Position numbers and translations under genes: made by a program. Of a stretch of DNA of 64,000 nt, positions 15,738 to 29,390 are shown in pieces. The notes under the pieces are model-generated. The model saw only the letters and a program-made list of their open reading frames with translations. It was not told the origin of the DNA and searched no databases. This DNA is from the human T2T-CHM13v2.0 reference genome, Homo sapiens: the NCBI RefSeq assembly GCF_009914755.1, contig NC_060936.1; one strand, 5' to 3'. The stretch's first letter is position 1. Each line of letters opens with the position of its first letter.

Positions 15738-18700
15738 TTTGCTGGCTTTTGCTGAATATGTAAGTGACTCTGTTCTTTCATTATTTTGCTTTAATTTAAT
15801 CATGTCTTTTCTTGGCTTCTCATCAGCTTTGTTTTATAGTCTGGGTTCCCTCAAACAAGCCAGAAAAGGAAGGGAATTAGAAAAAGGCATAACATTTTTT
15901 CAAGTATGCTTGTCTTAGAAATATTTAAAAAGTAATACCATACTTTTAAAATCTCTAAACATAGACTCGGAGGTAAGACATGCTTATCTTAAAAAGTAGT
16001 CATTTACTTGCCTTTCTTATGTTGGGTACATGCAAGAAACTAACTTAATTGCAGTATGGACGCTTTCATTTCCTCAACCGTGAATACAGCAAACTATGAA
16101 AAGAAGGGAGCATCAGAAAGGAAAAGAAATAGCAAACCAAAGGCTATTGCCACAACAGTGTAAGAAACTGGCCAGAGCTTGAAAGTAAAATAGCCAAACA
16201 TGGAGGATTTGCCACTTTCTCACTAGCTTCTTTGTCATACTGGGGAAACAATAAAACATCTTTTCATAAGAATGTTGCCCACATGTGCTAAAAAAATATG
16301 CTACTAGTCTAAATGAATTTTGTAGGCCCTTGATATCCTATTTTGTATTTTGTGTTGAATATTATTTTTAGAGTGCAGAAAGAGCATGTATATGGTCACA
16401 GAGCATCAAGACTAAATTCTGAAAGATAATCAGGACCTGAGACAAACAGAATGAGAGGCAGAATGTCTAAAATTGTGAAAATATAACTCGTAAAATGTGT
16501 TTTCAAGTTAGAAGAAATATTTCCTCTAAACAAAGTTAAGTTATCCTAACTGGTATTATCATTTCCCAGTGACCACTTTTTAAAGATTTTGAAGAAAAAT
16601 AACACATAGTTTCAGATCCATTTATTTAATAAAAGTAACATTGGCAAGTGGGCACAATTAATTTATATTATATGCAAAGTATCTCAGTTTTAATGAATGA
16701 TTTTATGTAAATGAATAGACAGCCTATTATTTCATATAATGTTATCAATGGATTGGAGTGTTGCTTTGTTAATGCACTTACCTGACCAGGATATTCTAGT
16801 ATAAGGAAATCTTTCATGATAACCAAAGGTAGAGAACTCATCATTCCTGAATCTAAGGAATAACTAAATTCTCCAATTACTATATCAGAGTACTGTCAGA
16901 AAAAGAAAAGCTCATTAGTTCAGCATAACTACCTGATTATCTCCACACAGTACAATCTTATTTTTTATGCAAAAATGGGTTGCATTTGGGAAAAGCATTG
17001 TTGCGTAGAAAATGTATTAAAAGAGCTCTGTGATACGTGCCTAATGTTTTTGTATTGTTGAGGAGTTTGGAAGACAGTATTATGCATACAGATGTGCTAC
17101 AGATCATTAAAGATCAAGAGCTTTCAGATTGTAAAGTCAACAGGCTGATACAAAAATGGAAAGTGACAAGCAGCATCTTACTCAGAATAGGAGCTTTAAG
17201 GGGTAGAAGTAAAAGTAATATTCTAATCACTAACCCCACCCATCGAATATTCTGGTTTCCATCCTAGATTACTAAAAATTTAGTGGACACTTTAAAATTT
17301 TTATTTATAAAATCATTTATCAAATATGTCCAGAAAGTAATGTTGTATGAGAAAGGGTTTATGTCTGCATCTGTGTCAATTTGAGAATAGACAATATAAA
17401 TAAGTCATAAATATGCTTTGGTGGACTAATTTAATAACAGGATCTCTAAAAGGATAAAAAATTATGGCATTTATTGAAAATACCAGTTACCAAATTTTGA
17501 CACATTTCTTTTTTCATTTGAATGCAACATTTTAAATTTAAAATGTGCATAACAGGGAAATATCTCAAGTTTAAAGATACTCTGTATTTCTTGATTTTAA
17601 ATAATGTGCCCCACCATTCGAAATGGCTGAGATAAACATTTTGACATGTAGACAACATAAGCAATGTTTACCAATGAACAAAGAATATCCTGTATACGAT
17701 ATGCTATTCTTAATAATAAGAGAAGTACCTATTGCTAGAAAGCTCTAATGTTCCTAATTAAAGTATATAATTAAAGACTACTGAAAAAAAAGTAGTATGA
17801 ATACATTATGAAATGGGCCAGTTGTTCACAGCATCAGAAGCTGGCTACCATTCGTTTGCCAGACTTTTTGACATTAAGCTTAACCCTGCTGTACTTTCTA
17901 GACCCAAAATTCTCCCTTGCCAGCAAGGATTTAATTCACGGCCAGATGGTCAGCAACAAGTTGTCATTGCTACCAATCTGGCTGTGACCATACAGGCCAA
18001 ATCAAGAAATTATGCTTCTGCTTTGTTCGAAGGTACATGTCTGTAATCGCAGATCGGTCCTGGTCCCCTGGGCAAAGTTTCCCACTTAAGTTCCTCACCC
18101 TGAACTCCTGCTTTCTTTCTGGTCAGTCCCTTTTCTCTCACCAGTTTAGAGACTGCAATTAGTCCCCTAATATGTCACCCTGTTACTTCGTGCAGTTATT
18201 TTTTAGCTTACTTCTGTGGATCTCTGAACAGTGACAGCTCCTAAATTGTTCATTGTCATGCTCCAATGACCTGACTATCGGTGATTTTCTGATATCCCTC
18301 TTGGAAAGTCCCTGACATTTAACCACTTGCCTGTGCCTATACTTTGTCACAAATTCTCTGAATACCATATTCTGCCTGTTAACCCAAATTTGCCTTTTGT
18401 GGAAAAAAAATGCATAGGTTTTGCTTTAAAAAGGTACTTGGACAACATACTCAAATATCATTTTAAAAGACAGCCTCAGTCAACATTGCAAAATTAAAAC
18501 AAATGGAAAAAACAAAATAGTGAAAACCTCCCTAAGAAGATGTATAATAAAATAGAATAGAAAGCTGAGGGACTACTGAAGACAAAAATTTTGAAGACAC
18601 TTCACCTGACTGAAAATATAGAGCTAGACTAAGATAGACCTGTCCCAAATTCAACACATCATTTTGAATCTCTGAGTCTTTAAAGAGAAATACATTTACC

Positions 18701-19249
18701 CTGATCTCTCCTGTGTGTCTGTCTGCCTTGTGACTCAGAGATTTGGGATTGAAACAAATCAGAAAAGTGTTCATATATAAGAAAATTCTACTGTCCATCT
18801 GCTCCTTTAAGTGATTAGATTAAATGAAAAATAAGTGGTCAGAAGTTATATTAGAATGGATTTTCCCTGAGCTAAAAGGACTGAGTGAGTTGCAAGCAAT
18901 GTTAGTGAAAATTGATCTACATTTAGTTACATTCACAAGGTAAAGTAAAAATTTAATATTCTCTGAACAAGTAATAAAGTACAAAAAATGAGATAGTTTC
19001 AAAGCTTCCTCTTTAGCAATCTTTTTGACAACAGGTTGCAAAAGAAGATAAATGTTTTCAATAGGAAAGAGTTTAGTGTGCCAAGAATTTTAGACATTGT
19101 CACAGGACCTTCAAGTATGAAGTCAGAATATTCTAATATATGCAACATTTAAAAATATTAAGGATGAAATTATCTCAAAATATGTGTAAAAACAAAGTAA
19201 AAACATGAAGCACAATTTAGAGCAACAAATTTGTGTAGTACAAATATAC

Positions 19250-19981
19250 GGTTACAGCATATCACAACTCTGGCTTATGGAGTAGGTCTGGGCCCCAGAA
19301 GGTTCACAGCTCATATGTCTTACAGTTTATTCATTCCCACCGTCTCCATGCTTTGGAAAAAGGGGTAATGTCCCAGCTCATTCAGTCTCCTCACCTGGCT
19401 CCAGCACGTGGCTCCTGGGCTGGCCCAGCTCTGCCTCCACTTCCTGTCACATGGGACTGCCACTCAGCGCCAGTGGAGGATGGAAGATGGGAGGGCTGTG
19501 GTGTTACAGCAGCATCTTTGGCACCTGCTGTTCGGCAGGTCTCAGGTTCTTGTTCTGTGTCCAAGAAGAATGAGGACAACCGAAAAGTGAGGGAGGCAGG
19601 GAAGAATTTTATTGAGAGACAGAACAGCTCTCAGAGGAGGGGGAACCCGAAGTGGGTAGTCCCTACTGGAAGGCAGGTCCCTATTGGAAGGTAGGCATGT
19701 GTAGCTAAGTCTAGGGTTTTTACAGGCTCAGAACTGGGGAGGCCCAGGCGGTAGGTGCCTTGCAAAAGGCAACATTCCGTTGGTTAAAAAGCATTATTCA
19801 GAAAGAACCAGCTAGGAAAGAGCTGGCAAACAGGAATAGAGGTTCTCCCTCTGGTCGTGGACTCCATCCAGAACTGGCAACCTGGTTTTCAGGCTTCAGG
19901 CTGTTTTTGGGTTGAAGATCTGGTTTCACCAGGGACGTGCCCCTATCTATCTAGAAATTTGTCTGCCTACTGCCTCTAACA
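19250..19981 (-). mobile_element. ERV1 solo LTR (LTR27/LTR28/MER52 group)
   Basis: GC-rich block. Minus strand begins TGTTAGAGGCAGTAGGCAGACAAATTTCTAG...TTCTTTCTGAATAATGCTTTTTAACCAAC. Plus-strand TTTATTGAGAGACAGAACAGCTCTCAG contains the minus-strand poly(A) signal. Left boundary uncertain. Confidence 0.75.
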
Positions 19982-20222
19982 GAATGTTCATATATAGAAA
20001 GGCCTAAAGTTGTAAAGATGTCAATTTTATCTAATTGAAATTATATGCAAGGTAGTCAGTATCAAAATCCAAAAGTAATGGCTGATGGTTCTGAAAAAAT
20101 TAATTCTAAAGCTTACCTCACATAGTAAATGTGAGTTAAGCAACTTTCAGAACATTAAAAAATAATTTCCCCCCAAATTTTTAAAACATATAAAGTATGG
20201 TAATTAAAAACTTATGTTACTA

Positions 20223-20390
<168 letters not shown>

Positions 20391-21438
20391 TTATAGTTCT
20401 GAAACAGTGTTATATTGGAAATAGATTGTCTTGCATCATGCCCAAATACATACATAAATGAATATCAGATGAAGACGACAAATAATGGTAAATTAGGAAA
20501 TATTCAAGTGGCATAGATGTAAACAACAAGCATGGGAGCAGATACAAAAATAAATAAATAAATAAATCTCAACCTGAGTACTACCTCGTAATAGATATTA
20601 GAAAACCATACAATTGCTGCAAGATAAAATTTTGAATACATATGTAATCCTGCTGTGAGTTTTACTGTAGGAAAATGAACAAAGTGAAAGAGGCAGTAAT
20701 TTATGAATAATTTGTTTATATAAAATACTTGAACATCAATTTCTAAAAAAAAATAGGAAAAGGACAATCTGGAAAAATGCTTTCAATATATAAAAAAAAT
20801 AAATTTTGAAAATGTAAAATGTCCTAACAAGTCAACGTGAAAATGATGACCATAGCAGAAAAATGCACACAAGTTTTGTTCATGTAATTAGCATAAGAGA
20901 AAATTTAAAGGGACATTAAACATTTAAAAATTTTTCAATGTTTGTAATGTAAGCTCACTGTAATAAATAAATTCATTTTTTAAACATCAATGTAATGAAT
21001 AAATTCATTTTTTTAAAACGACTACAATGTGTCACCTTAAGTAATGTCACTTATGTTGGCTTTCGTGTGAGCATTTTTGTACATTGTTTTTTGAGACATA
21101 AATTAGTACAATTCTTCTTGAGGGTAATGTGTATATTTCAACCCATGCATATATTTAGATCCATTATCACAGAAATTTAAACAATACAATAATTGGAGAA
21201 GTAAACAAATTAGTAACTTCAGTGCAGCACAGTTTAACATAATACTATTAACAACCTAAATACTCCGTATTGCATAATATTGAAATATACTATTCCTAAG
21301 AATATTACTACATAATTATTTTTAATTGCATAAGAAAATCTAGTTTTAATATAGGAGTATCAAAATTGTTACTTGTTATAAGAAGCAAAATACAAATAGT
21401 TGAAATATTTAAGGATACTTTCAGGTAAAAATATAAGT

Positions 21439-21710
21439 GGGTATAAAGTTACAGTTAGATAAGAATAAACTTTGGTGTCCTATTGCAGAGTAGGGTGACT
21501 ATCGTTAACAATAATTTATTGTATATTTCAAAATAGCTAGAAGACATTTTGAATGTTCTGACTACAAAGAAATGATAGATGTTTGTAGTGATGGATATGC
21601 TAATTATGGTGATTTTATCATTACACATTTATAGAAACATCACATTGTATCCCATAAATATGTACAATTATTATGTATAAATTAAAATTAAAATTTTTTA
21701 AATAAAACTT
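21439..21710 (+). mobile_element. L1MA-like 3' end
   Basis: GTAGGGTGACTATCGTTAACAATAATTTATTGTATATTTCAAAATAGCTAGAAG...CCCATAAATATGTACAATTATTATG. Confidence 0.85.
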
Positions 21711-21841
21711 AAAAATCAAATACATAAAGAACTTGGTGATTGATTAGGGCATGGGCTGAATAACAGAAAATAATCAGCAGTTACTTTTAGGAATCTAGAC
21801 TGAGTCACTAGGCATTAAGTGAAATCAGAAATAGTGGTTAA

Positions 21842-21897
21842 GGCTGGGCTCACAGAGTCAGACTCCATGTCAAAAACAACAACAACAACAACAAAAA
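21842..21897 (+). mobile_element. severely 5'-truncated Alu (last ~30 bp plus (AAC)n tail)
   Basis: GCTGGGCTCACAGAGTCAGACTCCATGTC followed by the tail. TSD AAA(T/C)AGTGGTTAA on both sides. Confidence 0.75.
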
Positions 21898-22214
21898 ACA
21901 GTGGTTAATAAACACTTTTGGAAAAAAGTTGATGAATTCAAACAGTGTGAGATACCCAAATAGAGCTGTTAGGTAGACAAAAGTTCTTAACAGGGGCCAG
22001 ATTTGGCATGACATTTCAGGTATATTAAGGACTAAGAACAATAGAAAACTATTAAAGGATTTGAAAGAGTACATGAAAATTTTACAGACTGCAAACGGAT
22101 AATAGATTAGAAGAAGACAATAGTGGGACATAAAATAGAAGAAAAAAAGAAATTATAACAGTCCAATCTTGAACCATGCTAATGTCTGTGGACATTGTAA
22201 GAAATGAATAAATG

Positions 22215-22550
<336 letters not shown>

Positions 22551-22771
22551 AAAATGAATAAATGTTTAGACTCAGAAATGACAAGACAGGTTCTTTTAGT
22601 GGTTTGATGGGTATGAGAAAGGAGAAGGTGTCACAAATTATCTGTTGCACAATGTGTAAATTTTGTATGATGAATTGGATGGTGGAACTATTTCTTGCAA
22701 TGATAAAACACTAGCATTCACAAATCTGGGGTCTCAAAAATTAAGAGTTTAGTTTAGCACACATTATACCC

Positions 22772-23070
22772 TCTTTTTCCCCCCTCCGAGACACAGTCTG
22801 GCTCTGTCGCCAAGGCTGGAGTGCAGTGGTGCCATCTTAGTGCACCACAACCTCCGGCCCTCCCAGGTTCAAGCAATTCTCCTGCCTCAGCCTCCTGACT
22901 AGCTGGGATTACAGGCATGCACCACTATGCCCGGTTAATTTTTGTATTTTTAGTAGAGATGGGGTTTCACCATGTTGGCTGGCTGGTCTCTAACTCCTGA
23001 CCTCTAGTGATCCACCCACCACGACCTCCCAAACTGTTGGGATTACAGGCATGAGTCACTGCACCTGACC
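22772..23070 (-). mobile_element. AluS (Sx-like)
   Basis: Full dimer on the minus strand. Degenerate TSD AGCACACATTATAC / AGCATATATTATAC. Confidence 0.92.
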
Positions 23071-23199
23071 AAGCATATATTATACACTTTTGAAAAAAAG
23101 TGCATATATCAAAGATATAGTTGTATATATCCACGAGACAGAGAAGTGTGGTCTAGTATACAGACACATAGAAATACGTATTTAGGAGACAAACAAATA

Positions 23200-23720
23200 G
23201 TCTTTGTATGAATAAGAATATGTTGTCTACGGTGCATTTAGAACGTGAACAGTTGTGAACTCAGGAAAGAGTTCTAAAAGACCCGGATAGAAGTCAGTTT
23301 GAGGCAGAAGCAGTAGAGGAGACTGAGAAGGAAAGGAGAAAATGAGAATTAGAAGACTGGAGTGCACGGAAGTTGATAATGCAGATTGTTTTAAGAAAAA
23401 AAGGAGAGTTCAATTTTGTCAAATGCTGCTGATACGATCCTTTGGATTTAGTAACATGAAGACTATTGGTGAACCCAGGGACAGCTATTCCCATGCAAGA
23501 GTGAAGAAAGAATAGATAATGCTCATTCATCCTTTCATTATTTTGATAAATATTAATTGGGCTTTTTGAGGACCACAGTTAAAGCAACGAACAGACAAAT
23601 AAGATTTCTTCTTGACCAAAAGTTACATTATAGCCAAGAGAGATAAACAATAGAAAATTAAAATAAAAAGACATGGTGACTTCTGACAATGAAAAATATA
23701 ATGGGGAGAACAAGGCAAAT
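23200..23720 (-). mobile_element. L2 fragments
   Basis: GAGGAGACTGAGAAGGA...GTCAAATGCTGCTGA...CCTTTGGATTTAGTAACATG and CATTCATCCTTTCATT. Confidence 0.6.
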
Positions 23721-25249
23721 AATAGATAAAGTTGTTAGTGGGAGAGCTAAGTGAGATGGGGTGATCTGGTCATGTTGAAGATCTCTGCTGCAGCTCTCTG
23801 ATGAGGTTCCTCGAAAACTTGCACTGCAACTAGGACTTCCTAAAAAGGCCTGCTTACCGGGGATCTGTGCTAGAGATGGTATCCTTGACTCCTATTGTTG
23901 TCTCCAGATGCTTTGATAGTGCTAGCTTGCTGACAACATAGATGCCTGTGTGCATCTCTTCTATTGAACACCTGAGCTGTAGCTCTTCTCCAGGCGCTAA
24001 AGCAGCAATGATTTCTCTTGAGCCCTAAATGCTTTGAGACAAAGGTATGTTCTGTTTATGTTTTCAGAATGCTTGTTTGTCCTATTTTGTTCACTGTTAG
24101 AGAGACATCAAATTAGCAATGTTTTACACCCAATATCTTATAGAAATTTTTTAAAAAATAGATTTATAGCTACAACCTTCTCATTTCCTAGGACACAGAA
24201 TAAAGGCCATGGTGCATTCTAGAACAGGGAAAAATAAAATCTAGTTGCAAATAACTTATCCTCAAAAGTCACTTAATCGTAACCATTATTAAGTATTTGT
24301 TATGTAGCTGAGTTGTTATTTAGCAGAATTGGGTTGGCTATCTTCTCTGCCTGAAGATTATTTTCTCTATCTCTCTGAAAGTTCCTTGATAAAATGATAT
24401 CCCCAATGAGCAATTATTACTAGTTTCCAAGACAGTAAACATAGCTTAGACTCAAACTTAGATTGCAACTATACAGCAAAAAGATAATCTGTTGAAGGAT
24501 GTAATTGTAGTGGTCAAAGAAGGAAAAGAAAGAAAAAAACAAAACGATAAACAATGAACCTTTCAACGACATGAAAGCAATAGGTGGCAAATAAAAACCA
24601 GGATTCAGCAGGGGCTTATAACTTAATATCCATGAATACATAACTACAAAGTACCTGCATAGGAAAAAATATTTTCTATAAACTTTTAATGAAATTTAGT
24701 AATTCTTTTAACTAAGTATATAGGCAAAAAAAGAGTACAATTAAGAGCACCTGTTACTACTTTGTTACTAATAGAAACAGTAGATAATTTTATGTCACAA
24801 AACAGTTGATTCAGAAATCTCAAAATATTTACACTAATCACTACTTTGAAGTTATGAAAGTTATTGCAGCTGGCACTAGATCTGTTGATTAATTGCTTTT
24901 AGAAAGCAAATGCATTACTACATAAAATGTATTATAAACATTTTATAATTGTCAAAATGATTTATTTTCATCATATATTTTTATTTTAGACATTCTGGGT
25001 TCTGTGACAGCTTGACCAGTAAAATACAGTGGAAGTGATTCTTTGATTTAATTTCCTTATCCAGGCCTTAAGAAGCTGGATTCTAATTCAAATATCAATA
25101 TTCTCATAGTAACTAAATGTGCTATAGGTAATATGTAGGTATTTGATTTCATTTTATTTTTTGATATTAATAAACAATTATTGTAGCACCATCCACTAAA
25201 CGGTCTTTCCTTTCTCCCTACTGAATTATATTTTTTCTCCCATTTGTTG

Positions 25250-25440
25250 GCTGGAAGTCACAACCCCTATGACCTTGGAAGAAGCTAACTGGGTCCTTTG
25301 ATGACTGCTTGATGCATAACACTCAGCCTTCCCTCCCTATCACTACCTTTATCTGAGTAAGAAAAAAAAGTCTCTATTGTGTTAAGTCTCTGAGATTTCA
25401 CCTTTTACCTATTAACAGTCATTAGTGTTAGATTGACTTA
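25250..25440 (+). mobile_element. old MaLR LTR fragment (MLT1I/J-like)
   Basis: CTGGGTCCTTTGATGAC...TATTGTGTTAAGTCTCTGAGATTT. Confidence 0.5.
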
Positions 25441-27814
25441 CGTGCTGTTGAGTTCTATGCAGAAAATTTTCATTTTCATTTTACATGTTGAATCCAAAGA
25501 AGTGGTCTATAATTATCATTTTATCTTTATGTTGTCCAGTTATAATATCAAGTGTAAACTGGCACCCAAAATAAGTTGAATATATTTCTTTCCTTTTTAA
25601 TTATCTTAAACATTTTGTATAAAGTATATATTATCTAGTTTTTTTTTAAGGTTTGGCAAGATCGTTATGAGGCTTTACTCCCTACTCTTTGGAGGGAGTA
25701 GGGATTTTTTAGTACTTTTGATCACAAATCCACTTGAGATTGCTTTTAAATATTATGAAAACTATGGATCCTTTAATTAGTAAACCATTGCATAAATACA
25801 TATTTACTGAAAAGTTTTGCACTAAACTTTGTGTGTCCCTTTATCAGTTAATTGAATCAAGTTTATAAACCACTTACTTCAGCACAATGTTAACCATGGG
25901 TCAGAATGCTTATCATCCCTTATCAAAAATTTCCTTTATCCTTTTGTGCTGTTTTCTCCCTGGACTTTTATAGTGTTAATAGCTATAATTCAAATTCATT
26001 TAAATACTCCAGTTCTGACTTTCTTCTATCAAACTTGTTTTAATGTGAAAAAGTGCCACCAAGAGATATGTTGAGTAATTAAAAAGTTATCACCATTAGA
26101 AGGAGCAGTGAGTCACAAGTGAAGTTACTGTCATTGTAGGTTTAAAATAAGAAACTGTAATAAGCAAAACAAAAATCCTATTAAAATTAGGTAAGCAAAA
26201 GTAAACAAAACAATTTGTTTTATATTAGGACTTTATTCCTTTGAATAGAGTCAATAATTTAGTGACTTAAAATGGCTATAATCATTTTTCATATGCATTT
26301 AGATAAGGTAAATCACCCTAATGTTTATATAGAGCTGGTCAAGTTCGAAGGGCATTTGTGCCCATCTATTTCCTGCATTTACTTTATCCCTTCTTCTTCA
26401 TGCATACAAATGCACCATAACAGTGCAACACATCATGGATAGCTAATATCTGAGGGCCCATTAACATGCTGCTTATTTCTTGGCTAGGAGAATTGTTGGT
26501 GAGCCACATGTCATATTTTTTGGCCTCTAACTTTGTTTTCAGGCAACATCTACTACACAATGTTTGCCAAATAGCCTGAAGAGGTAGCAACTGACGCTGG
26601 GAACTGGCCCCGCATCTTTCTTATGGCAATAAAAAATGTTGCTAATGAATTACTCTTTAGGCTCCTAAACAAGAACTGAATTCATAAGATTCTCCAAATA
26701 CCTATATTAGAATTCCTCACATGCCTAGACCATACTCTAGTCACTTGATAGATCCCTGACAGATTTGCCCTTTCTGAAACTGCTCCCTAGACATGTGTCC
26801 ACCTCTTTAAGCAAACAGAAGTAATAAGCAAACATGCTTTTGAGCCATATTTCCAAATGGGACTTAAGATGAAGGATTCTTCTCTTATTTTTATCTCCAT
26901 TTGGAAATGATCTCTGTAACATTACCTTTCAGTTCAAGTGTGTGAATGTGCCATGGGGACTGCTATAATGCTAGTCACTTGAAACAGAGGACATTTTTAC
27001 ATGGTACTTGAAAATTTTATATTCAATGGAGAAGTGAAATTGAGAACCAAAATCATTTGTACATAGCTTTGAATTTTCTACATTCATTTTCTCTTTTATA
27101 GTGAAAAGCAACCCTAGGTAATAAGAAGCGTTAGAGAGAATGCAATTTACTGCTAAATCTACTATTTGTAGGACGTATGTAAAACTGACTGAGGGGGACA
27201 GATGCTTGGTTTTTATTCCCCTCTTTACTACTAACTTACTTTACAACCTTTATCCATGCAATTAACTTCTTTATTCTTGATTCATCTAATTTAACTGTAA
27301 TGGCCATTATGAAAATTACAAAAATATGTATTTATTTTTTTCATACTTAGCCTTTAGTGTTTCCAGCCCATGTAAATAAATTGTTACAAGACATTATTAT
27401 GATAAAGATTATATCTTCTGTCCAAATATTATGTCTCAGTTTCCCTCTCTATCTTTGAGGTTATTCAATCAAATGCTCTCCAAAGCTGTAGAGGGGAGAA
27501 AGGACTATTTGATTTCATCTGCGATATGGACTAAATTAGACTAGTTTATTAAAATTGCAAGTCATAGCAGAATTGAAAAATAAGTTTCACAGATTACAAG
27601 CAATATTTAAAAAAAAAATTACCTGATTTTTTTTCAGTAATATATGTATTTACTGAGGCACAATGTAAAATGCCTTCATTATTATGGATTGAGATTATAA
27701 AATTATTTGATAATCTGCTATTTAGACTCTATATTTGATATTATTGAATCTACTAGTTCTTTATTTACTTTTGTTTCCTAGATTAAAGTCATTTTTATTG
27801 ACAAATTTTAAACC

Positions 27815-28826
27815 ACTTTATTTAGCTATGATTACCATACAATAAACCATACATGTTTAATGTATACTGCTTGATGAGTTTGTATATATCCATGAAACCA
27901 TCACCACAATCTATGCCATAAACCTATCCATCACCTCGAAAGGTTTCCTCCTGCTTTCTTGTTTATTAGTTTTTTTGTGTGTGTGATAAGAACATTTGGC
28001 ATAAGATCTGTCTTCTTAGTAAATTTTTAAATATACAATACAGTATTGTTACCAATAGGAGTACATTGTACAGTAATTCTCTAGGATTTCTTCACCTTAC
28101 GTAACTGAAACTCCATATCTTTTGACAAAAACTTCTGTTTCTCCTTTCCTCCAGTTCCTGGCAACTGCTATTTAACTCTCTGTTTCTGTAAGTTTAACTA
28201 TTTTTAGATTTGTTATATAATGGTAGCATGTAGTATTTGTTTTTCTGTGTCTGACTTGTTTCACTTAGCCTAATGTTTCCAAGATTCATCCATGTTGTCA
28301 CAAATGGTAGAATTTTCTTCTTTTTCAAGGCTAAATACTATTCCATATACATATACTATGTATATGCCATATTTTATTTATCCACTCATCTGTTGATGGA
28401 TATTTAGGTTGTGAATAATACTGCAATAAACATGGGAGTGCAAATATCTCTTCAAAATAATGAAGTCAGTTCCTTTGGATAAATACCCAGAAGTGAAACT
28501 GTTATATCATATGGTAGTTCTATTATTAATTTTTTCATGAAACTCTATACTGTTTTTCATAATGACTTCACCAATTTATATTTTCACCAACAGTATATAA
28601 AGATACCCTTTCTTCACATCCTCATCAACATTTGTGCTTTTTTATAATAGCCAGCTTAATATGTATGAGGTGATATTTCATTGTGGTTTTGATTTACATT
28701 TTGTTGATATTAGTGATCTTGTGCACTATTAGTGATGCTGACTAAGAATCCCATTTGGTAATTTATATTTCTTCTTTGGAGGAATGTCTATTCAGTTCCT
28801 TTGCCCATTTTTAATGTGGTTACTTG
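27815..28826 (-). mobile_element. L1MA8/9-like 3' portion of a 5'-inverted L1
   Basis: CCATGAAACCATCACCACAATC...TATACAATACAGTATTGTT...GGATAAATACCCAGAAGTG...TTGCCCATTTTTAAT. Confidence 0.85.
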
Positions 28827-29390
28827 TCACAAAGCTACAGTAATTGTGACAGTATATTACTGGCATTAAACAGACATATAGATCACTGGAACACAATAGA
28901 GAGCCCAGAAATTAAACCACTTCTATACGGTTAACTTAGATAAGTGTGCCAAGAATGACAATGGGGAAATGATGGTTTGTTCATCAAATGATGTTGGGAA
29001 AACTAGATATCCACATGCAAAATAAAGAAATTGAACCCTTATCTTACATCCTACACAAAAATCAACTCTAAATGGATTAAAGACTTAAAGCTAAGACTAG
29101 AAACAATCAAACTTCCAGAAGAAAACATTGAAAAATCTTGACATTGTCCTTGGAAATGATTTATTGGATAAAACACCAAAGGCACAAGCAATGAAAGCAA
29201 AAATAGACAAGGGAACTATCTCAAACTAAAAAGCTTCTGCACAGCAAAGCAAACAACAGAATGGAAAGACAACCTACAGGATGAGATGAAATATTTGCAA
29301 AAGATATATCTGATAAAGAGGTAATATCCAAAATATATAAGGAACTCCTACAACTAAATAGCAAAAATAAATAATAATTATAACCCAATT
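28827..29390 (+). mobile_element. inverted L1 ORF2 segment of the same L1MA element
   Basis: ACAAAGCTACAGTAAT...AAACTAAAAAGCTTCTGCACAGCAAAG...AACCCAATT. The end abuts or overlaps, in consensus coordinates, the start of the minus-strand part. Confidence 0.85.

Noticed and set aside
15492-15803. ORFs of 83-94 aa (EGRK / PSFL repeats)
   Set aside because: Translations of the (TTCC)n microsatellite.
19353-19694. 113-aa ORF
   Set aside because: Lies wholly within an ERV1 LTR.
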